The notes under the pieces were generated by a model. That model did no database searches. It was not told the DNA's origin and saw nothing but the letters and a program-made list of their open reading frames with translations. DNA of 64,000 nucleotides from contig NC_086098.1 of the NCBI RefSeq assembly GCF_963921235.1, positions 5,084,001 through 5,148,000 of the forward strand, written 5' to 3'. This stretch comes from Mobula hypostoma (taxonomy: Eukaryota). The translations under genes and the position numbers were made by a program. This document shows, piece by piece, positions 26,071 through 40,614 of the stretch (positions are counted from its first letter, which is position 1; the number at the start of each line of letters is the position of its first letter).

Positions 26071-28895
26071 GAACATAGAACATGGAACATAGAATAGTAC
26101 AGCACAGTACAGGCCCTTCAGCCCACAATGTTGTGCCAACCCTCAAAACCTGCCTCCCATATAACCCCCCACCTTAAATTCCTCCATATACCTGTCTAGT
26201 AGTCTCATAAATTTCACTAGTGTATCTGCCTCCGCCACTGAGTCAGGCAGTGCATTCCACGCACCAACCACTCTCTGAGTAAAAACCCTTCCTCTAATAT
26301 CCCCCTTGAACTTCCCACCCCTTACCTTAAAGCCATGTCCTCTTGTATTGAGCAGTGGTGCCCAGGGGAAGAGGCGCTAGCTGTCCACTCTATCTATTCC
26401 TCTTAATATCTTGTATACCTCTATCACGTCTCCTCTCATCCTCCTTCTCTCCAAAGAGTAAAGCCCTAGCTCCCTTAATCTCTGATCATAATGCATACTC
26501 TCTAAACCAGGCAGCATCCTGGTAAATCTTCTTTGTACCCTTTCCAATGCTTCCACATCCTTCCTATCGTGAGGCAACCAGAACTGGACACAGTACTCCA
26601 AGTGTGGCCTAACCAGAGTTTTATAGAGCTGCATCATTACCTTGAGACTCTTAAACTCTATCCCTCGACTTATGAAAGCTAACGCCCCATAAGCTTTCTT
26701 AACTACCCTATCTACCTGTGAGGCAACTTTCAGGGATCTGTGGACATGTACCCACAGATCCCTCTGCTCCTCCACACTACCAAGTATCCTGCCATTTACT
26801 TTGTACTCTCTCTTAGAGTTTGTCCTTCCAAAGTGTACCATCTCACACTTCTCCGGGTTGAACTCCATCTGCCACTTCTCAGCCCACTTCTGCATCCTAT
26901 CAATGTCTCTCTGCAATCTTCGACAATCCTCTACACTATCTACAACACCACCAACCTTTGTGTCATCTGCAAACTTGCCAACCCACCCTTCTACCCCAAT
27001 ATCCAGGTCGTTAATAAAAATCATGAAAACTAGAGGTCCCAGAACAGATCCTTGTGGGACACCACTAGTCACAATCCTCCAGTCTGAATGTACTCCCTCC
27101 ACCACCACCCTCTGCCTTCTGCAGGCAAGCCAATTCTGAATCAACCTGGCCAAACTTCCCTGGATCCCATGCCTTCTGACTTTCTGAATGAGCCTACCGT
27201 GTGGAACCTTGTCAAATGTCTTACTAAAATACATATAGATCACATTCACTGCACTACCCTCATCTATATGCCTGGTCACCTCCTCAAGGAACTCTATCAG
27301 GCTTGTTAGACATGATCTGCCCTTCTCAAAGCCATGCTGGCTGTCCCTGATCAGACCATGATTCTCTAAATGCTCATAGATCCTATCTCTAAGAATCTTT
27401 TCCAACAGCTTTCCCACCACAGACATAAGACTCACTGGTCTGTAATTACCCAGACTATCCCTACCTCCTTTTTTGAACAAGGGGACAACATTCGCCTCCC
27501 TCCAATCCTCCGGTACCATTCCCGTGGACAACGAGGACATAAAGATCCTAGCCAGAGGCTCAGCAATCTCTTCCCTTGCCTCATGGAGCAGCCTGGGTAA
27601 TATTCCGTTAGGTCCAGGTGTCTTATCCATCGTAATGTATTTTATCAACTCCAACACCTCCTCTCCCTTAATATCAACATGCTGCAGAACATCAACCTCA
27701 CTCATATTGTCCTCACCAACATCAATTTCCCCCTCTTTGGTGAATACTGAAGAGAAGTATTCATTGAGGACCTCGCTCACTTTCCACAGCCTCTGGGCAC
27801 ATCTTGGCACCTTTATCTCTAATCGGTCCTACCTTCACTCCTGTCATCCTTTTATTCTTCACATAATTGAAGAATGCCTTGGGGTTTTCCTTTACCCTAC
27901 TCGCCAAGGCCTTCTCATGCCCCTTTCTTGCTGTTCTCAGCCTCTTCTTAAGCTCCTTTCTTGCTACCCTATATTCCTCAATAGACCCATCTGATCCCTG
28001 CTTCCTAAACCTCATGTATGCTGCCTTCTTCCACCTGACTAGATTTTCCATCTCACTTGTCACCCATGGTTCCTTCACCCTACCATTCTTTATCTTCCTC
28101 TCCGGGACAAATTTATCCCTAACATCCTGCAAGAGATCTCTAAACATCGACCACATGTCCAAAGTACATTTCCCTGCCAAGACATCATCCCAATTCACAC
28201 CCGCAAGTTCTAGCCTTATAGCCTCATAATTTGCCCTTCCCCAATTAAAAATTTTCCTGTCCTCTCTGATTCTATCCTTTTCCATGATAATGCTAAAGAC
28301 CAGGGAGCGGTGATCACTGTCCCCCAGATGCTCACCCATTGAGAGATCTGTGACCTGACCTGGTTCATTACCTAATACTAGATCTAGTATGACATTGGCC
28401 CTCGTCGGCCTGTCAACATACTGTGACAGGAGTCCATCTTGGACACACTTAACAAACTCTGGCCTGTCCAAACCCTTGGAACTAATCAGGTGCCAATCAA
28501 TACTAGGAAAGTTAAAGTCACCCATGATTATTTTTGCATCTTTCCAGAATCTGCCTCCGAATCTGCTCCGTAGTATCTCTGCTGCTACCAGGGGGCCTAT
28601 AGGATATTCCCAATAGAGTAACTGCTCCCTTCCTGTTCCTGACTTCCACCCATACTGACTCAAAAGAGGATCCTGCTACATTACCCACCCTTTTTGTAGC
28701 TGTAATAGTATCCCTGACCAGTAATGCCACCTCTCCTCCACCTTTCCCCCCTCTCTATCCCTTCTAAAGCACTGAAATCCAGGAATATTGAGAATGCATT
28801 CCTGCCCTGGTGCCAGCCAAGTCTCTGTAATGGCCACTACATCATAATTCCATGTATGTATCCAAGCTCTCAGTTCATCTCCTTTGTTCCTAATG
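26071..28895 (-). mobile_element. CR1-D, 5'-truncated within EN
   Basis: ORFs 26377-27810, 27761-28663 and 28518-28730; TTCTATG tail. Confidence 0.93.
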
Positions 28896-29214
28896 CATTC
28901 TTCGGATTTTGTCTGAAAACTAATTTCCTATCCTGTCAGTCTATTAACTCTCATTACATGAGATATTCCCATTGTCATAGAATCATTGGTGGTACACCAC
29001 AGGAACAGGTTCTTCAGCTTACCATGTTCTTGCAGATCTTTAGTCCAGCCTATTTGCCAGCATTAGGACTGTCTCATTCTCTGCCTTGCCTACTGAAATG
29101 TCGGTATTTACTGAGAAGGATTTGAAGGACAGTGTCTGATCTGAAGATTTCCTCCAGCATTTTGTGTGTGTTGCTTTGGATCACCATCAACTGCAGATTT
29201 TCTTGTGTTTGTGA

Positions 29215-30822
29215 AACAGTGAACATCTCAATGGTTGGAAGATGTAGGGATAGATGATTAAGGATGGTGCTTCAGGGTACTAGGAGACACATGATAAAAT
29301 AGGCTATAGTCAGCATGGTTTCCTCAAGGGAAAATCCTGCTTGACAAATCCGTTGAAATTCTTTGAAGAAATAGCAAGCAGGATAGACAAAGGAGAATTG
29401 GTTGATGTTGTGCACTTGGATTTTCAGAAGACCTTTGACAAGGTGCCACACATGAGGCTGCTTAACAAGCTATGAGCCCATGGTATTACAGGAAAGATTC
29501 TAGCATAGATAAAGCAATGACTGATTAGCAGGGGGCAAAGTGTGGGAAAAAAGTGAACATTTTCTGGTTGACTGCCGGTTACGAGAAGTGTTCCACAGGG
29601 TTCTGTGTTAGGACCACTTCTTTTTATATTATATGTCAATGACTTAGATGACAGAATTGATGACATTGTTGTAACTTTTGCAGATGATACAGAGATAGAA
29701 GGAGGGGCAGGTAGGCTTGAGGAAGTAGAAAGGATACTAAAGGACTTAGACAGATTAGGAGAGTGGATAAAGAAGGGACAGATGGAATACAGTGTTGAGG
29801 TGTATTGTAGTGGAGTTTGGTCGTCGTCGTGGCAATCCCTCAAGGTCGAGGATGATGGTCTTCGTTCTGAAGAAATGTCCCACAGAGTGAAGATGCCTGT
29901 GTGTGTGTTTAACGTGTACTTGATGTTGCACTCCAAGAAGCACACGCTACTTCACAAATCAATCAACTGATTCCAATGGCATGGAAACCACGACGATTGG
30001 AGCTGATGGATTTCTTGCAGCCTTCATCTGACTTCACAGCCATTGAGTTCAAAGTAACTTCTTCCGCCTGTTCCACCGTTGAGGTCTTGGTTGGATTGTT
30101 CTTTATCAGGGACCTCACCCTCGACCTTACCGCCATGGGTGACCCTACCAGGAGCATAGCTCCAGACGGCATTGCTCTCGGGATCACAGGACCACACAAG
30201 CTTCTCCACCACGACAAGGTGACAATCCACGGAGAAGACTTTGGAAGAAGAAATAAAAGGGTTAACTATTTTCTAAATGGAGAGAAAATTCAAAAATATG
30301 AGACCCAAAGGGATCTGCGAGTCCTTGTGCAGGATTTCCAAAAGATTAATTTGCAGGTTGATTCTGTGGTGAAGAAGGCAAATGTGATAGCAGCATTCAT
30401 TGCAAGAGGACTAGAATATAAAATCAAGGATAGCTTTGGTCTCTTATCTTAGAAAACATGTGCTTACACTGGAGAGGGTTCAAAGGAGGTTCATGAAAAT
30501 GATTCCAGGACTGAGCAGCTTGTCATATGAAGACTGTTTGATAGCTCTGGCCCTGCATTCACTAGAATTCAGAAGCAGGAGGGGTGACCTAATTGAAACC
30601 TATCGAATGGTGAAAGGTCGTGATAGAGTGGATATGGAGAGAATATTTCCTATGGTAGGAGAGTCTAGGGTCAGAGGACACAGACTCAGAATAGAGGGGT
30701 GTCCTTTTAGAACAGAGGTGAGGAGGAATTTCTTTAGCCAGATAGTGGTGAATCTGTGGAATTTGTTGCTACAGGTAGCTGTGGAGGCCAAGACTGTTTG
30801 AACATTTAAGGCAGAGGTTGAG
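29215..30822 (+). mobile_element. Degenerate CR1 RT fragment
   Basis: LGPLLFILYVNDLD..FADDT and LERVQRRF, with many stops. Confidence 0.85.
29820..30238 (-). mobile_element. RTE-derived non-autonomous (bipartite) element
   Basis: 5' end CACCTTGTCGTGGTGGAGAAGCTTG..GGTAGGGTCACCCATGG resembles BovB/Expander 5' ends; 3' end CATCCTCGACCTTGAGGGATTGCC followed by (ACG)n. Confidence 0.7.
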
Positions 30823-31171
30823 AATGATCCCAGAAACTCCCTTACAACTGATGTGATCGTCACCAGTTTACATATAGCTTGCTGGATTTTCCCTTGTTCT
30901 CTTCTTTAACAGAGCTACAACATTAGCCAATCACCAATGCTCCAGGACTTTGTCTGTATCTAGAGAGGATATGAAGACACTGGTCGAGGCCCCAGCAGTC
31001 TTGGCTGTCGCCTCCTTCAATAACCTGGGGTAAATCTCATCAAGCCCTAGGGATGTATCCACTTTAACACTCGTCAGATATGGTAGTATATGGATTATTT
31101 CTTTTAGAGCAGTGACTCCTCTTAAATCTATGTTTTGATCTGTTGTCTGCACATGTGCATTGCCCCCCCCA

Positions 31172-31221
<50 letters not shown>

Positions 31222-34200
31222 ACCATCTCCCACATGTGTGCTTTTATTGAATGGATATATAGTTGTGCACAGACACAACAAATTGGTGATGAGTATGAAC
31301 CTGGATGTCAGAGAATATCACCAACTGCAAGAGGAAAGAGTTAAACAAGTACGGAAGCCGTGATGGATGCTAACAAAGGGTCGTGTGAGTAATAGTGCAT
31401 AGTACATAGTTACAACTAGCAAAGTTAAAGTGATTAGAACATGGCAAAGGCTTCACTAGGGAAAGCCGACCTATTTGATAGTGCGAACGAAGGCTGGAAG
31501 TTGTTTCTTGAGAGCGTTGTACTGTGTTGTAAGGCAGATGACATGGTTGAGCAAAAGAAAGCCCCTATACTTCTTAGCTTAATGGGTGCAAGAACACACA
31601 GTCTCTTAGGCAACTTAGTAACCCCTGAAAAGCCAGCAAGCAAGATGTTCGGCAAAATTGTTACAATTTTACAGAACCAATTGAGCTGTAAACTGCTGGT
31701 AATAGCTGAGATATTTAGATTTTACAAGAAAAGAACCGAAGGATGAAAGCATTTCTGAATACATTGCAGAACTGTGCAAACTCTCCCTGTACTGTGACTT
31801 TAGAGCTGGACTTTCTGATGCATTAAGGAATAGGCTTGTGTGTGGCATGCATAGTCAAAGAACTCAGAAGAGGGTACTATCAGAAAGGGACCTAACCCTA
31901 GAATGGGCATTGACCTTTGCAATATCTTTAGAGACTACAGAAAAGGATGCAATGGAACTACAGAAAAAAAAGTTAAAAAGTGAAATGCACAGAATGTCCC
32001 TGAATGGTGCAAAAAGCCAAAAAATTTTATCGATGTAGGAAATCCTCCCATGATGCATTTGACTGTTTGGTCAAAGAAAAAGTTTGCAGAAAGTGTCACA
32101 GGCAAGGTCACATAGAGAGAATATGCAAGTCAGACAAAAAGCATAACCAAAGAGAAAAACTACACAGAGTGAGAAGTTTCAAACACAAAACTAAGCAAAA
32201 GCATAAAGTGACCGAATGTGAGACAGAATCAAACAACGCAGAGTCTGACAAAGGTGAACTGTCATGCCTAGAACTGCACAGTATGACTGAAGCAGACCAC
32301 AAAATCATAAGGATCACAATAGATGTGTCTGGTGTAAAATTGCAAGAGGGTCTGGACACAGGTCAGCTTTGTCGGTAATTTCAGAGGCTGAATACAAGAG
32401 ACTGTTTTCTAAGACACAATCAGAAAAGACCTCAATGATGCTAAAGGTGAAAAAGTGTCTCCCAAAGACAGCCTGAAAGTGAATGTGACATATGGAGACC
32501 AAACATATCTGTAAGAGTTTTATGTATTGAAAAGTAGAGGGACAGCACTTTACAAATGTGAATGGTTGAGAAAAATCCAACTAGACTGGCACACAATCAA
32601 AGCTCCTAATGTGGCATCAACAGGCAACTGCAGCCCAAATTTGACATCTGCTTAATGCTAATGAGAAAGTGTTTGAGAAAGAAATAGATAAACAGATCGA
32701 AGACCTGGCCAAAAGCAGTTTGGGATGGCAAAAAGTTCAAAGTGCACCCCACAGGCACCATTACACTCGTGGGAGTGTCCGTCATCACCATGGAGAAAAG
32801 TACATATCGACTTTGCTGGGCCAATCATGGACTCCGTGTTTCTGGTTTCTGTGGATACTCACTGGAAGTGGTCATAGGTTACACCAATGAAGTCAACCAC
32901 CTCAGTGAAGACTGTCTCTGCTTTGAGGACTATCTTCACTAGGAATGGCATACCTGAACAATGGTTTGACCACAATACACGCCAGAAAAATTCAAGTTGT
33001 TCATGCAGAAAAATGGGATCTAACATTTCAAGTTAGCTTGTCATAACCCAGCAATGAATGGGTTAGCAGGAAGGTTTATCCAAACATTCAAGAAGTCCAT
33101 TAAGCTGAAGGACAAGAAGGACATTTCTCTACAGCAGAAGGTGGACAACTTCCTTCTTGTGTATCGGGAACTCGGTTCAGGTGACGTCAAATCAAATACC
33201 TGCAATGCTGGTCATGAACAAGAATCTGAGATTTTGTATAGACCTCCTGAAACCAGGTCTATGAAGGAAGTACAAAATAAACAGTTCAGCCAGTTGCCAA
33301 GTGAAGCAGCAAGGTGCTTCAAGATTGGATAGGAAGTCCTTGCGTGTGACTACTGAGAAGACAAGTGGACACCCAGTAAGATAGCTCCAAGAACTGGACC
33401 ACTGACGTACACAATGGATGTTGGAGATTAGACATAGAGATGTGGAGCAGATACCAGAAGCTCAGCTGAAGAACATACCTGACAGACACATTACAGCAAC
33501 TCGACTTACCTCCTACCTCTTAAACAGCAACGTGACACCGAAAACCGAGAACCTTATCTTAGACAAGACGCCTACCAGACATGATACCACTCCGTAGGTC
33601 CAAAGGTGCTATCCTGAAAGAAATAGAGCACCACCCAAAAGACTGAACCTTGAGAACTGTGAAGTTAGTTATGGACTGTTAGTGTGAAAGCAGGCTTATT
33701 TGGAATATGGGTTTATGAAAGGGAAATTGAATGTTTAGTAGATATACATTTTTATGTTGCATTAATCTAAAGGAGCAGGAAGTGTAATGAATGGATCTAT
33801 GTCTTTTATAGCAGTAATCCCCCTTAGCACTACGTATTGATCTGTCTACACATGTGCATTGTTCTCTCTCTCTCATTGCAATGTGAATACACCTGTTAAA
33901 GCCATCTCCCTCATGCATGCTTTTATTTAATCTATATGTAGTTGTGCACAGGAGGCCCAATGCTTCCTCCTCCTTCACCTGTAAATGTCCAAACATATTT
34001 ATACACTCAGCACTGATCTCTTAGTCCTCCAGATTCTTTTCCTTGGTAGATACTGAAGCATAGTACTCATTAAGTACCTCACTCACATTCTCTGTATCTA
34101 AGCAAATGTTCCTCTCTTTATCCTTGACTGGTCCCACCCTTTCCTTCATTATCCTCTTCCTCTTGATGTATGTATTGAATGCCTTGAAATTCACCTTAAT

Positions 34201-34675
34201 CCTACTTGCCAAGGGTTTTTCATGGCCCCTCCTGGCTTCCTTAATTCATTACTTTAGTTTCCTTCTGGTTTCTTTATAATCCTCATGTGCTCCATTTGAT
34301 CCTAACTTCCAAAGCTTTACATATTTTTCCTTCTTCTTCTTGACTAAATTCATCACCTCTCTGGATATACAAGGTTTTCTCATGCTTCCAATCCCATCCT
34401 TCCTTCAAACAGAGGACACCTTTCCTGTTCTCTGTAATTGATCTTTAAACACCCTCCATGTGACTGATGTGGACTTGCCAGAGAAAAGGTGTTCCCAATT
34501 AACTCTTCTTAATTCTTGCCGAATGCCCCCGTAATTTGCCCTATTCCAATTTAAAACTCTCCTGCAAATTCTGCCCCATCTAAACCCTTTGCACTAAGAA
34601 GGTCCCTGTTCCTAATAAGGAAATTGAAATCCCTCATGACACCAACCCTAATATTTTTACATATTTCCTTAATCT
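30823..34675 (-). mobile_element. Old CR1 ORF2 fragment, split into 30823-31076 and 33952-34675 by a Gypsy element
   Basis: VKVDTSLGLDEIYPRLLKE is collinear with the LNEYYASVSTKE segment. Confidence 0.75.
31081..33951 (+). mobile_element. Old, internally deleted Gypsy (Mag-like) LTR element
   Basis: Diverged LTRs at about 31081-31280 and 33783-33951. PBS-like TGGTGATGAG near 31284; PPT at 33769-33782. Gag 31441-32378 with two zinc knuckles, protease LDTG, integrase NGLAGRFIQTFK. No RT/RNase H seen. Confidence 0.85.
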
Positions 34676-34680
34676 GATTA

Positions 34681-37600
34681 CATACAGAAACAGAGAAAAC
34701 CTACAGCATAATACAGGCCCTTCGGCCCACAATGCTGTGCTGAACTTGCACTTACTTTAGAAATGACCTAGGGTTACCCATAGCCCTCTATTTTCCTATC
34801 CAGGAGTCTCTTGAAAGATGTTAAGGCTCTATAAGGTACTCGTGAAGCCTCGCTTGGAGTATTGTGTGCAGTTTTGGGCTCTTTATATTAGAAAGGATAT
34901 ACTGACATTGGAGAGGATTCAGAGAAGATTCACGAGAATGATTCCAGGATTGAAAGGGTGATTGTATGAGGAACGTCTGGCAGCTCTTGGGCTGTATTCC
35001 CTGGAGTTCAGGAGAATGAGAGGGAATCTCATAGAAACATTCCAAATGTTAAAAGAATGAACAGATTTGATATGGCAAAGTTATTTCCCATGGTAGGGGA
35101 TTCTAGGACAAGGGGGCAGGACTTCAGGATTGAAGGACATCCTTTTAGATCTGAGATGCAGAGAAATTACTTTAGCCAGAAGGTGGTAAATCTGTGGAAT
35201 TTGTTGCCACAAGTGACTGTGGAGGCCAAGTCATTGAGTGTATTTAAGGCAGAGATAGATAGGTTCTTGGTTAGCCAGAGCCTCAAACGGTATGGGATGA
35301 AAGCAGAGGAGTGGGGATAACTGGAAGAACTGGATCAACCCATGATTGATTGGTGGAGAAGACTCGATGGGCTGAATGGCCTGCTTCTGCTCCTATATCT
35401 TAAGGCCTTAGGGTCTTATGGACTCTATCATATCCGCCTCCACCACCATCGCCGGCAGCCTATCCCACGCACTCACCACTCTCTGTGTAAAAAACTTACA
35501 CCTGACACCTCCTCTGTACCTACTTCCAAGCACTTTAAAACTGTGCCCTCTCGTGCTAGTCACTTCAGCCCTGGGAAAAAAGCTCTGACTATCCACACAA
35601 TCAATGCCTCTCATCATCTTATAAACCTCTATCAGGTCACCTCTCATCTTTCGTCGCTCCAAGCAGAAAAGGCTGAGTTCACTCAACCTATTCTCATAAG
35701 GCATGCTCCCCAATCCAGGCAAAATCCCTGTAAATCTCCTCTGCACCCTTTCTATAGTTTCCACATACTTCCTGTAGTGAGGTGATCAGAACTGAGCACA
35801 GTACTCTAAGTGAGGTCTGACCAGGGTCCTATATATCTGCAACATTACCTTTCGGCTCTTAATCTCAATCCCACAATTGATGAAGGCCAATGCACCATAT
35901 ATCCTCTTAACCACAGAGTCAACCTGCGCAGCAGCTTTGAGTGTCCTATGGATTCGGACCCCAAGATCCCTCTAATTCTCCACACTGCCAAGAGTCTTAC
36001 CATTAATACTATATTCTGCCATCATATTTGACCTACCAAAATGAACCACCTCACACTTATCTGAGTTGAACTCCATCTGCCACTTCTCAGCCCAGTTTTG
36101 AATCCTATCAATGTCCCACTATCAGCCCTCCACACTATCCACAACATCTCCAACCCTTGTTCATCAGCAAATTTACTAACCCGTTATTCCACTTCCTCAT
36201 CCAGGTCAGTTAAAGAAATCGCGAAGAGAAGGGATCCCAGAACAGATCCCTGAAGCACACCACTTGTCACCGACCTCCATGCAGAATATGACCCGTCTAC
36301 AACCACTCTTTGCTTCCTGTGGGCAAACCAACTCTGGATCCACAAAGCAAGGTCCCTTTGGATCCCATGCCTCCTTACTTTCTCAATAAGCCTTGCATGG
36401 GGTACCTTATCAAATACCTTGCTGAAATCCATATACACTACATCTACTGCTCTTCCTTCATCAATGTGTTTAGTCACATCCTCAAAAAATTCAATCAGGC
36501 TCATAAAGCACGACTTACCTTTGACAAAGCCATGCTGACAATTCCTAATCATATTATGCCTCTCAGGATCTTCTCCATCAACTTACTAACCACTGAAGTA
36601 AGATTCACTGGTCTATACTTTCCTGAGCTGTCTCTACTCCCCTCTTGAATAAGGGAAAAACATCTGCAAACCCCCAATCCTCTGGAACCTCTCCTGTCCC
36701 CATTGATGATGCAAAGATCATCACCAGAGGCTCAGCAATCTCCTCCCTCGCCTCCCGCAGTAGCCTGAGGTACATCTCGTCCAGTTCCGGTGACTTATCC
36801 AACTTGATGCTTTCCAAAGTTCCAGAACATCTTTTTTCTTAATGTCTATATGCACAAGCTTTTCAATCTGCTGTAAGTCATCCCTGCAATTGCCAAAATC
36901 CTTTTCCATAGTGAATACTGAAGCAAAGTATTAATTAAGTATCTCTGCTATCTCCTCTAGTTCCATACACACTTTTCCACTGTCAGACTTGATTGGTCCT
37001 ATTCTTTCACGTCCTATCCTCTTGCTCTTCACATACTTGTAGAATGCCTTGGGGTTTTCCTTAATCCTGCCCGCCAAGGCCTTCTCATGGCCCCTTCTGG
37101 CTCTCCTAATTTCATTCTTAAGCTTCTTCCTGCTAGCCTTATAATCTTCTAGATCTCTATCATTACCTAGTTTTTTGAATCTTTCATAAGCTTTTCTTTT
37201 CTTCTTGACTAGATTTTCAACAGCCTTTGTACACCATGGTTCCTGTACCCTACCATCCTTTCCCAGTCTCAATAGAAAGTACCTATGCAGAATGCCATGC
37301 AAATATCCCCTGAACTTTTGCCACATTTCTTCTGTACATTTCCCTGAAAACATTTGTTCCCAATTTATGCTTCCAATTTCCTGCCTGATAGCTTCATATT
37401 TCCCCTTACTCCAATTAAACACTTTCCTTACCTGTCTGTTGCTATCCCTCTCCAATGCTATGGTAAAGGAGATAGAATTGTGATCACTATCTGCAAAATG
37501 TTCTCCCACTGAGAGACTCACATATGACCAGGTTCATTTCCCAATACCAGATCAAGGACAGACTTATCTACATATTGTGTCAGGAAACCTTCCTGAACAC

Positions 37601-39290
37601 TCCTAACAAACTCCACCCCATCTAAACCCCTTGCTCCAGGGAGATGCCAATCAATATTTGGGAAATTAAAATCTCCCACCACGACAACCCTGTTATTATT
37701 ACACCTTTCCAGAATCTGTCTCCCTATCTGCTCCTCAATGTCCCTGTTACTATTGGGTGGTCTATAAAAAACACCCAGTAGAGTTATTGACCCCTTCCGG
37801 TTTCTAACTTCCACCCGCAGAGACTCAGTAGACAATCCCTGCATTACTTCCTCCATTTCTGCAGTTGTGATCAACAGTGCCATGCCCCCACCTCTTTTGC
37901 CTCCCTCCCTGTCCTTTCTGAAACATCTAAAGCCTAGCACTCTAAGTAACCATTCCTGCCCCTGAGCCATCCAAGTCTCTGTAATGGCCACATCACAGCT
38001 CCAAATACTGATCTACACTCTAAGCTCATCCACTTTGTTTATGATGCTGCTTGCATTAAGATAGACACATCTCAAACCATCGGTCTCAGTGTATCCCTTC
38101 CCTATCACCTGCCTATCTTCCCTCTTGATCTGTCTCCAAGCTTTCTCTATTTGTGAGCCAACCGCCCCTTCCTCCATCTCTTCACTTTGGTTCCCACCCC
38201 CAGCAATTCTAGTTTAAACTCTCCCTGGTAGCCTTAGCAAACCTCCCTGCCAGGATATTGGTCTCCCTCGGATCCAAGTGCAACCCATCCTTTTTGTACA
38301 GGTCACACCTGTCCCAAAAGAGGTCCCAATGATCCAGAAATGTGAATCCCTGTCCCCCCTCCAATCTCGCAGCCACGCATTTAACCTCCACCTCACTCTG
38401 TTCCTATACTCACTGTCACATGGCACAGGCAGTAATCCCGAGATTACAACCTTTGAGGTCTTGCTTCTCATTTTCCTCCTTAACTCCCTGTAGTCTGTTT
38501 TCAGGACTTCCTCCCTTTTCCTACCTATGTCATTGGTACAAATATGTACCATGACCTCTGGCTGTTCTCCTTCTCACAGAGTACCCTATTACTGCCTTCC
38601 TCTTCCTTTCCCTGCCCTTCTGAGCCACAGGGCCAGACTCTGTGCCAGAGGCATGGCCACTGTTGCTTCCCCCAGGTAGGCCGTCCCCCCCAACAGTACT
38701 CAAACAGGAGTACTTATTGACAAGGGGTACAGCCACAGGGGTACTCTCTAGTAACTGACCTCTCCTGACTGTTACCCACTGATCTGTCTCCCGAGGCCCC
38801 GGTGTGACTATTTGCCTATAGCTCCTATCTATCACCTCCTCACTCCCCATGACCAGACGAAGATCATCGAGGTGCATCTCCAGTTCCCTAATGCGATCCC
38901 TAAGGAGCTGCAGCTCAACGCACCTGGAGCAGAGGTTGCCGTCCGGGAGGCTGGGAGTCTCCCGGACCTCCCACATCTGACATCCAGTACAGACATACTT
39001 CCTGTTTCTGTCCCTCACAGGTAACTTACCTCACCTCAACCCTTTATCGCCAAAGCACGAATGAGCCAAAGCCCTACCACTCTGCCGCAGCTCATTCTGT
39101 CAATGACCAACCCGCTCGCAGTGTCTCCCTTTTATGCCCGAACCTTCCCTGCTATTTAACTCACGATTGGTGCTCCAGTTATAGGCCACATACAATAGAC
39201 AAACGCTCTTGAAGCTCCCTTTTTAAATAACTGCCGCCGACCTGCGAGAAGCCCCTGTTGGTGAAGCTCTGTTGACGCCACTGATAGGCC
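34681..39290 (-). mobile_element. Near full-length degenerate CR1 (subfamily F)
   Basis: ORF1 pieces 38209-39018, ORF2 pieces 35408-37991, 3' UTR and tail 34681-34818. Confidence 0.92.
34819..35422 (+). mobile_element. CR1 3' fragment inserted antisense in the 3' end of CR1-F
   Basis: RLYKVLVKPRLEYCVQFW; TCTTATGG-type tail. Confidence 0.85.
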
Positions 39291-40519
39291 GCGTATATCT
39301 GTTCCTCAATGTCCTGGTGGCTATTAGGAGATCTATAATACAATCCCTTCAGTGTGATTGCACCCTTCCTGTTCCCGAGTTCCACCTAAATGGACTTAGT
39401 GTCTAATCCTTCCAACGTGTTTCCCCTGAGTGCAGCTGTGATATTGTCCCTAATGAGTAGCGCCAGTCCTCTCCCCCCAACTTCTTTTACAAGCTATCGC
39501 CTATCTAAAGGGATTAGATTCAGGAAGATTGTTCCCGATGTTGGGGAAGTCCAGAACGAGGGGTCATAGTTTAAGGATAAAAGGGAAGCCTTTTAGGACC
39601 GAGATGAGGAAAAACGTCTTCACACAGAGAGTGGTGAATCTGTGGAATTCTCTGCCACAGGAAACAGTTGAGGCCAGTTCATTGTGTTACGAGAATACAC
39701 ATAAAATTAAGATGTTTGCTGGCCTGGGCTAGCATCAGTGGCATCAGCAGTTGGTCTGCCACCTGCCCTCAGGGGAAGGAGAGATAAGGAACAATGGAGC
39801 AGCGTCTGGAGATGTGTAATGAAGGGATGTGGGAGGAAGAGCTGTCTGGAGCGGCTCCCCCCTTTGAGCCCTGAACTGTTTGAAGTGATGGACAGGCGAT
39901 ACCCCAGCAGGGGGATAAAAAGGGACAGGTTCGCTAAGACAGACACACACGCCACCCGAGGTAACGAGACCCTGGAAGCGGTACGCTTCTCACGAGTGGG
40001 TGGAAAGGTACGATCAGCGGGAACCCGGTGTGTGTCCGCCCTTGCCTGGGTGCCGGGTTCACTGCAGAGGATCGACCGCATCTGGAGGAGGGGTCACAGT
40101 CGGTGACCTCAGGTGACATCACCAAGGACCCGCCCAAATGTTGTTTGTGAGCCATCCCGCTGGTCTGTGAGTGAAGCCGTTCTGAATGATCAGTTGTTCC
40201 TATTCTGTCTCTCTTCCCCCACCTTGTCCATCGCCATGGCAACGATTACTGCGAACTGAACTACAAACTGGACTGACCTTTGAGTCATTTTGAAATTGAT
40301 CATTTACCCCTAGACAACGATAGAGCTTGATTGATGCTGTTATCTTAATTCTGTGCACATGTGTGGTTATCATTGTTGAATTGTTGCATTTATTATCCTT
40401 TCGATTACTGTGTTGCTTGTTTCTTTAATAAAACTTTCTTAGTTCTAGTACTCCAGACTCCAACTGAGTGATCCATTTCTGCTGGTTTGGCAACCCAGTT
40501 ACGGGGTACGTAACATAAG

Positions 40520-40538
40520 TGGGGTTCTCGTCCGCGAT
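40520..40538 (+). promoter_or_regulatory. Primer-binding site, imperfect tRNA-Pro type
   Basis: TGGGGTTCTCGTCCGCGAT versus canonical TGGGGGCTCGTCCGGGAT, 4 nt after the 5' LTR. Confidence 0.7.
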
Positions 40539-40614
40539 TTTGAACGCTAAATTTGGGACGGAGTAAATTGATTGGGTTAAAATTCCCGAAAGAAAGAAAA
40601 GACAAACAGCAGAA

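Noticed and set aside
31173..31220. C-run plus (CT)n microsatellite
   Set aside because: Ordinary expansion of the short (CT)n also present in the 3' LTR near 33863.
39738..40106. 122-aa ORF in each Gypsy LTR
   Set aside because: It has a non-ATG start, no known motif, and a different C-terminus in the solo LTR.
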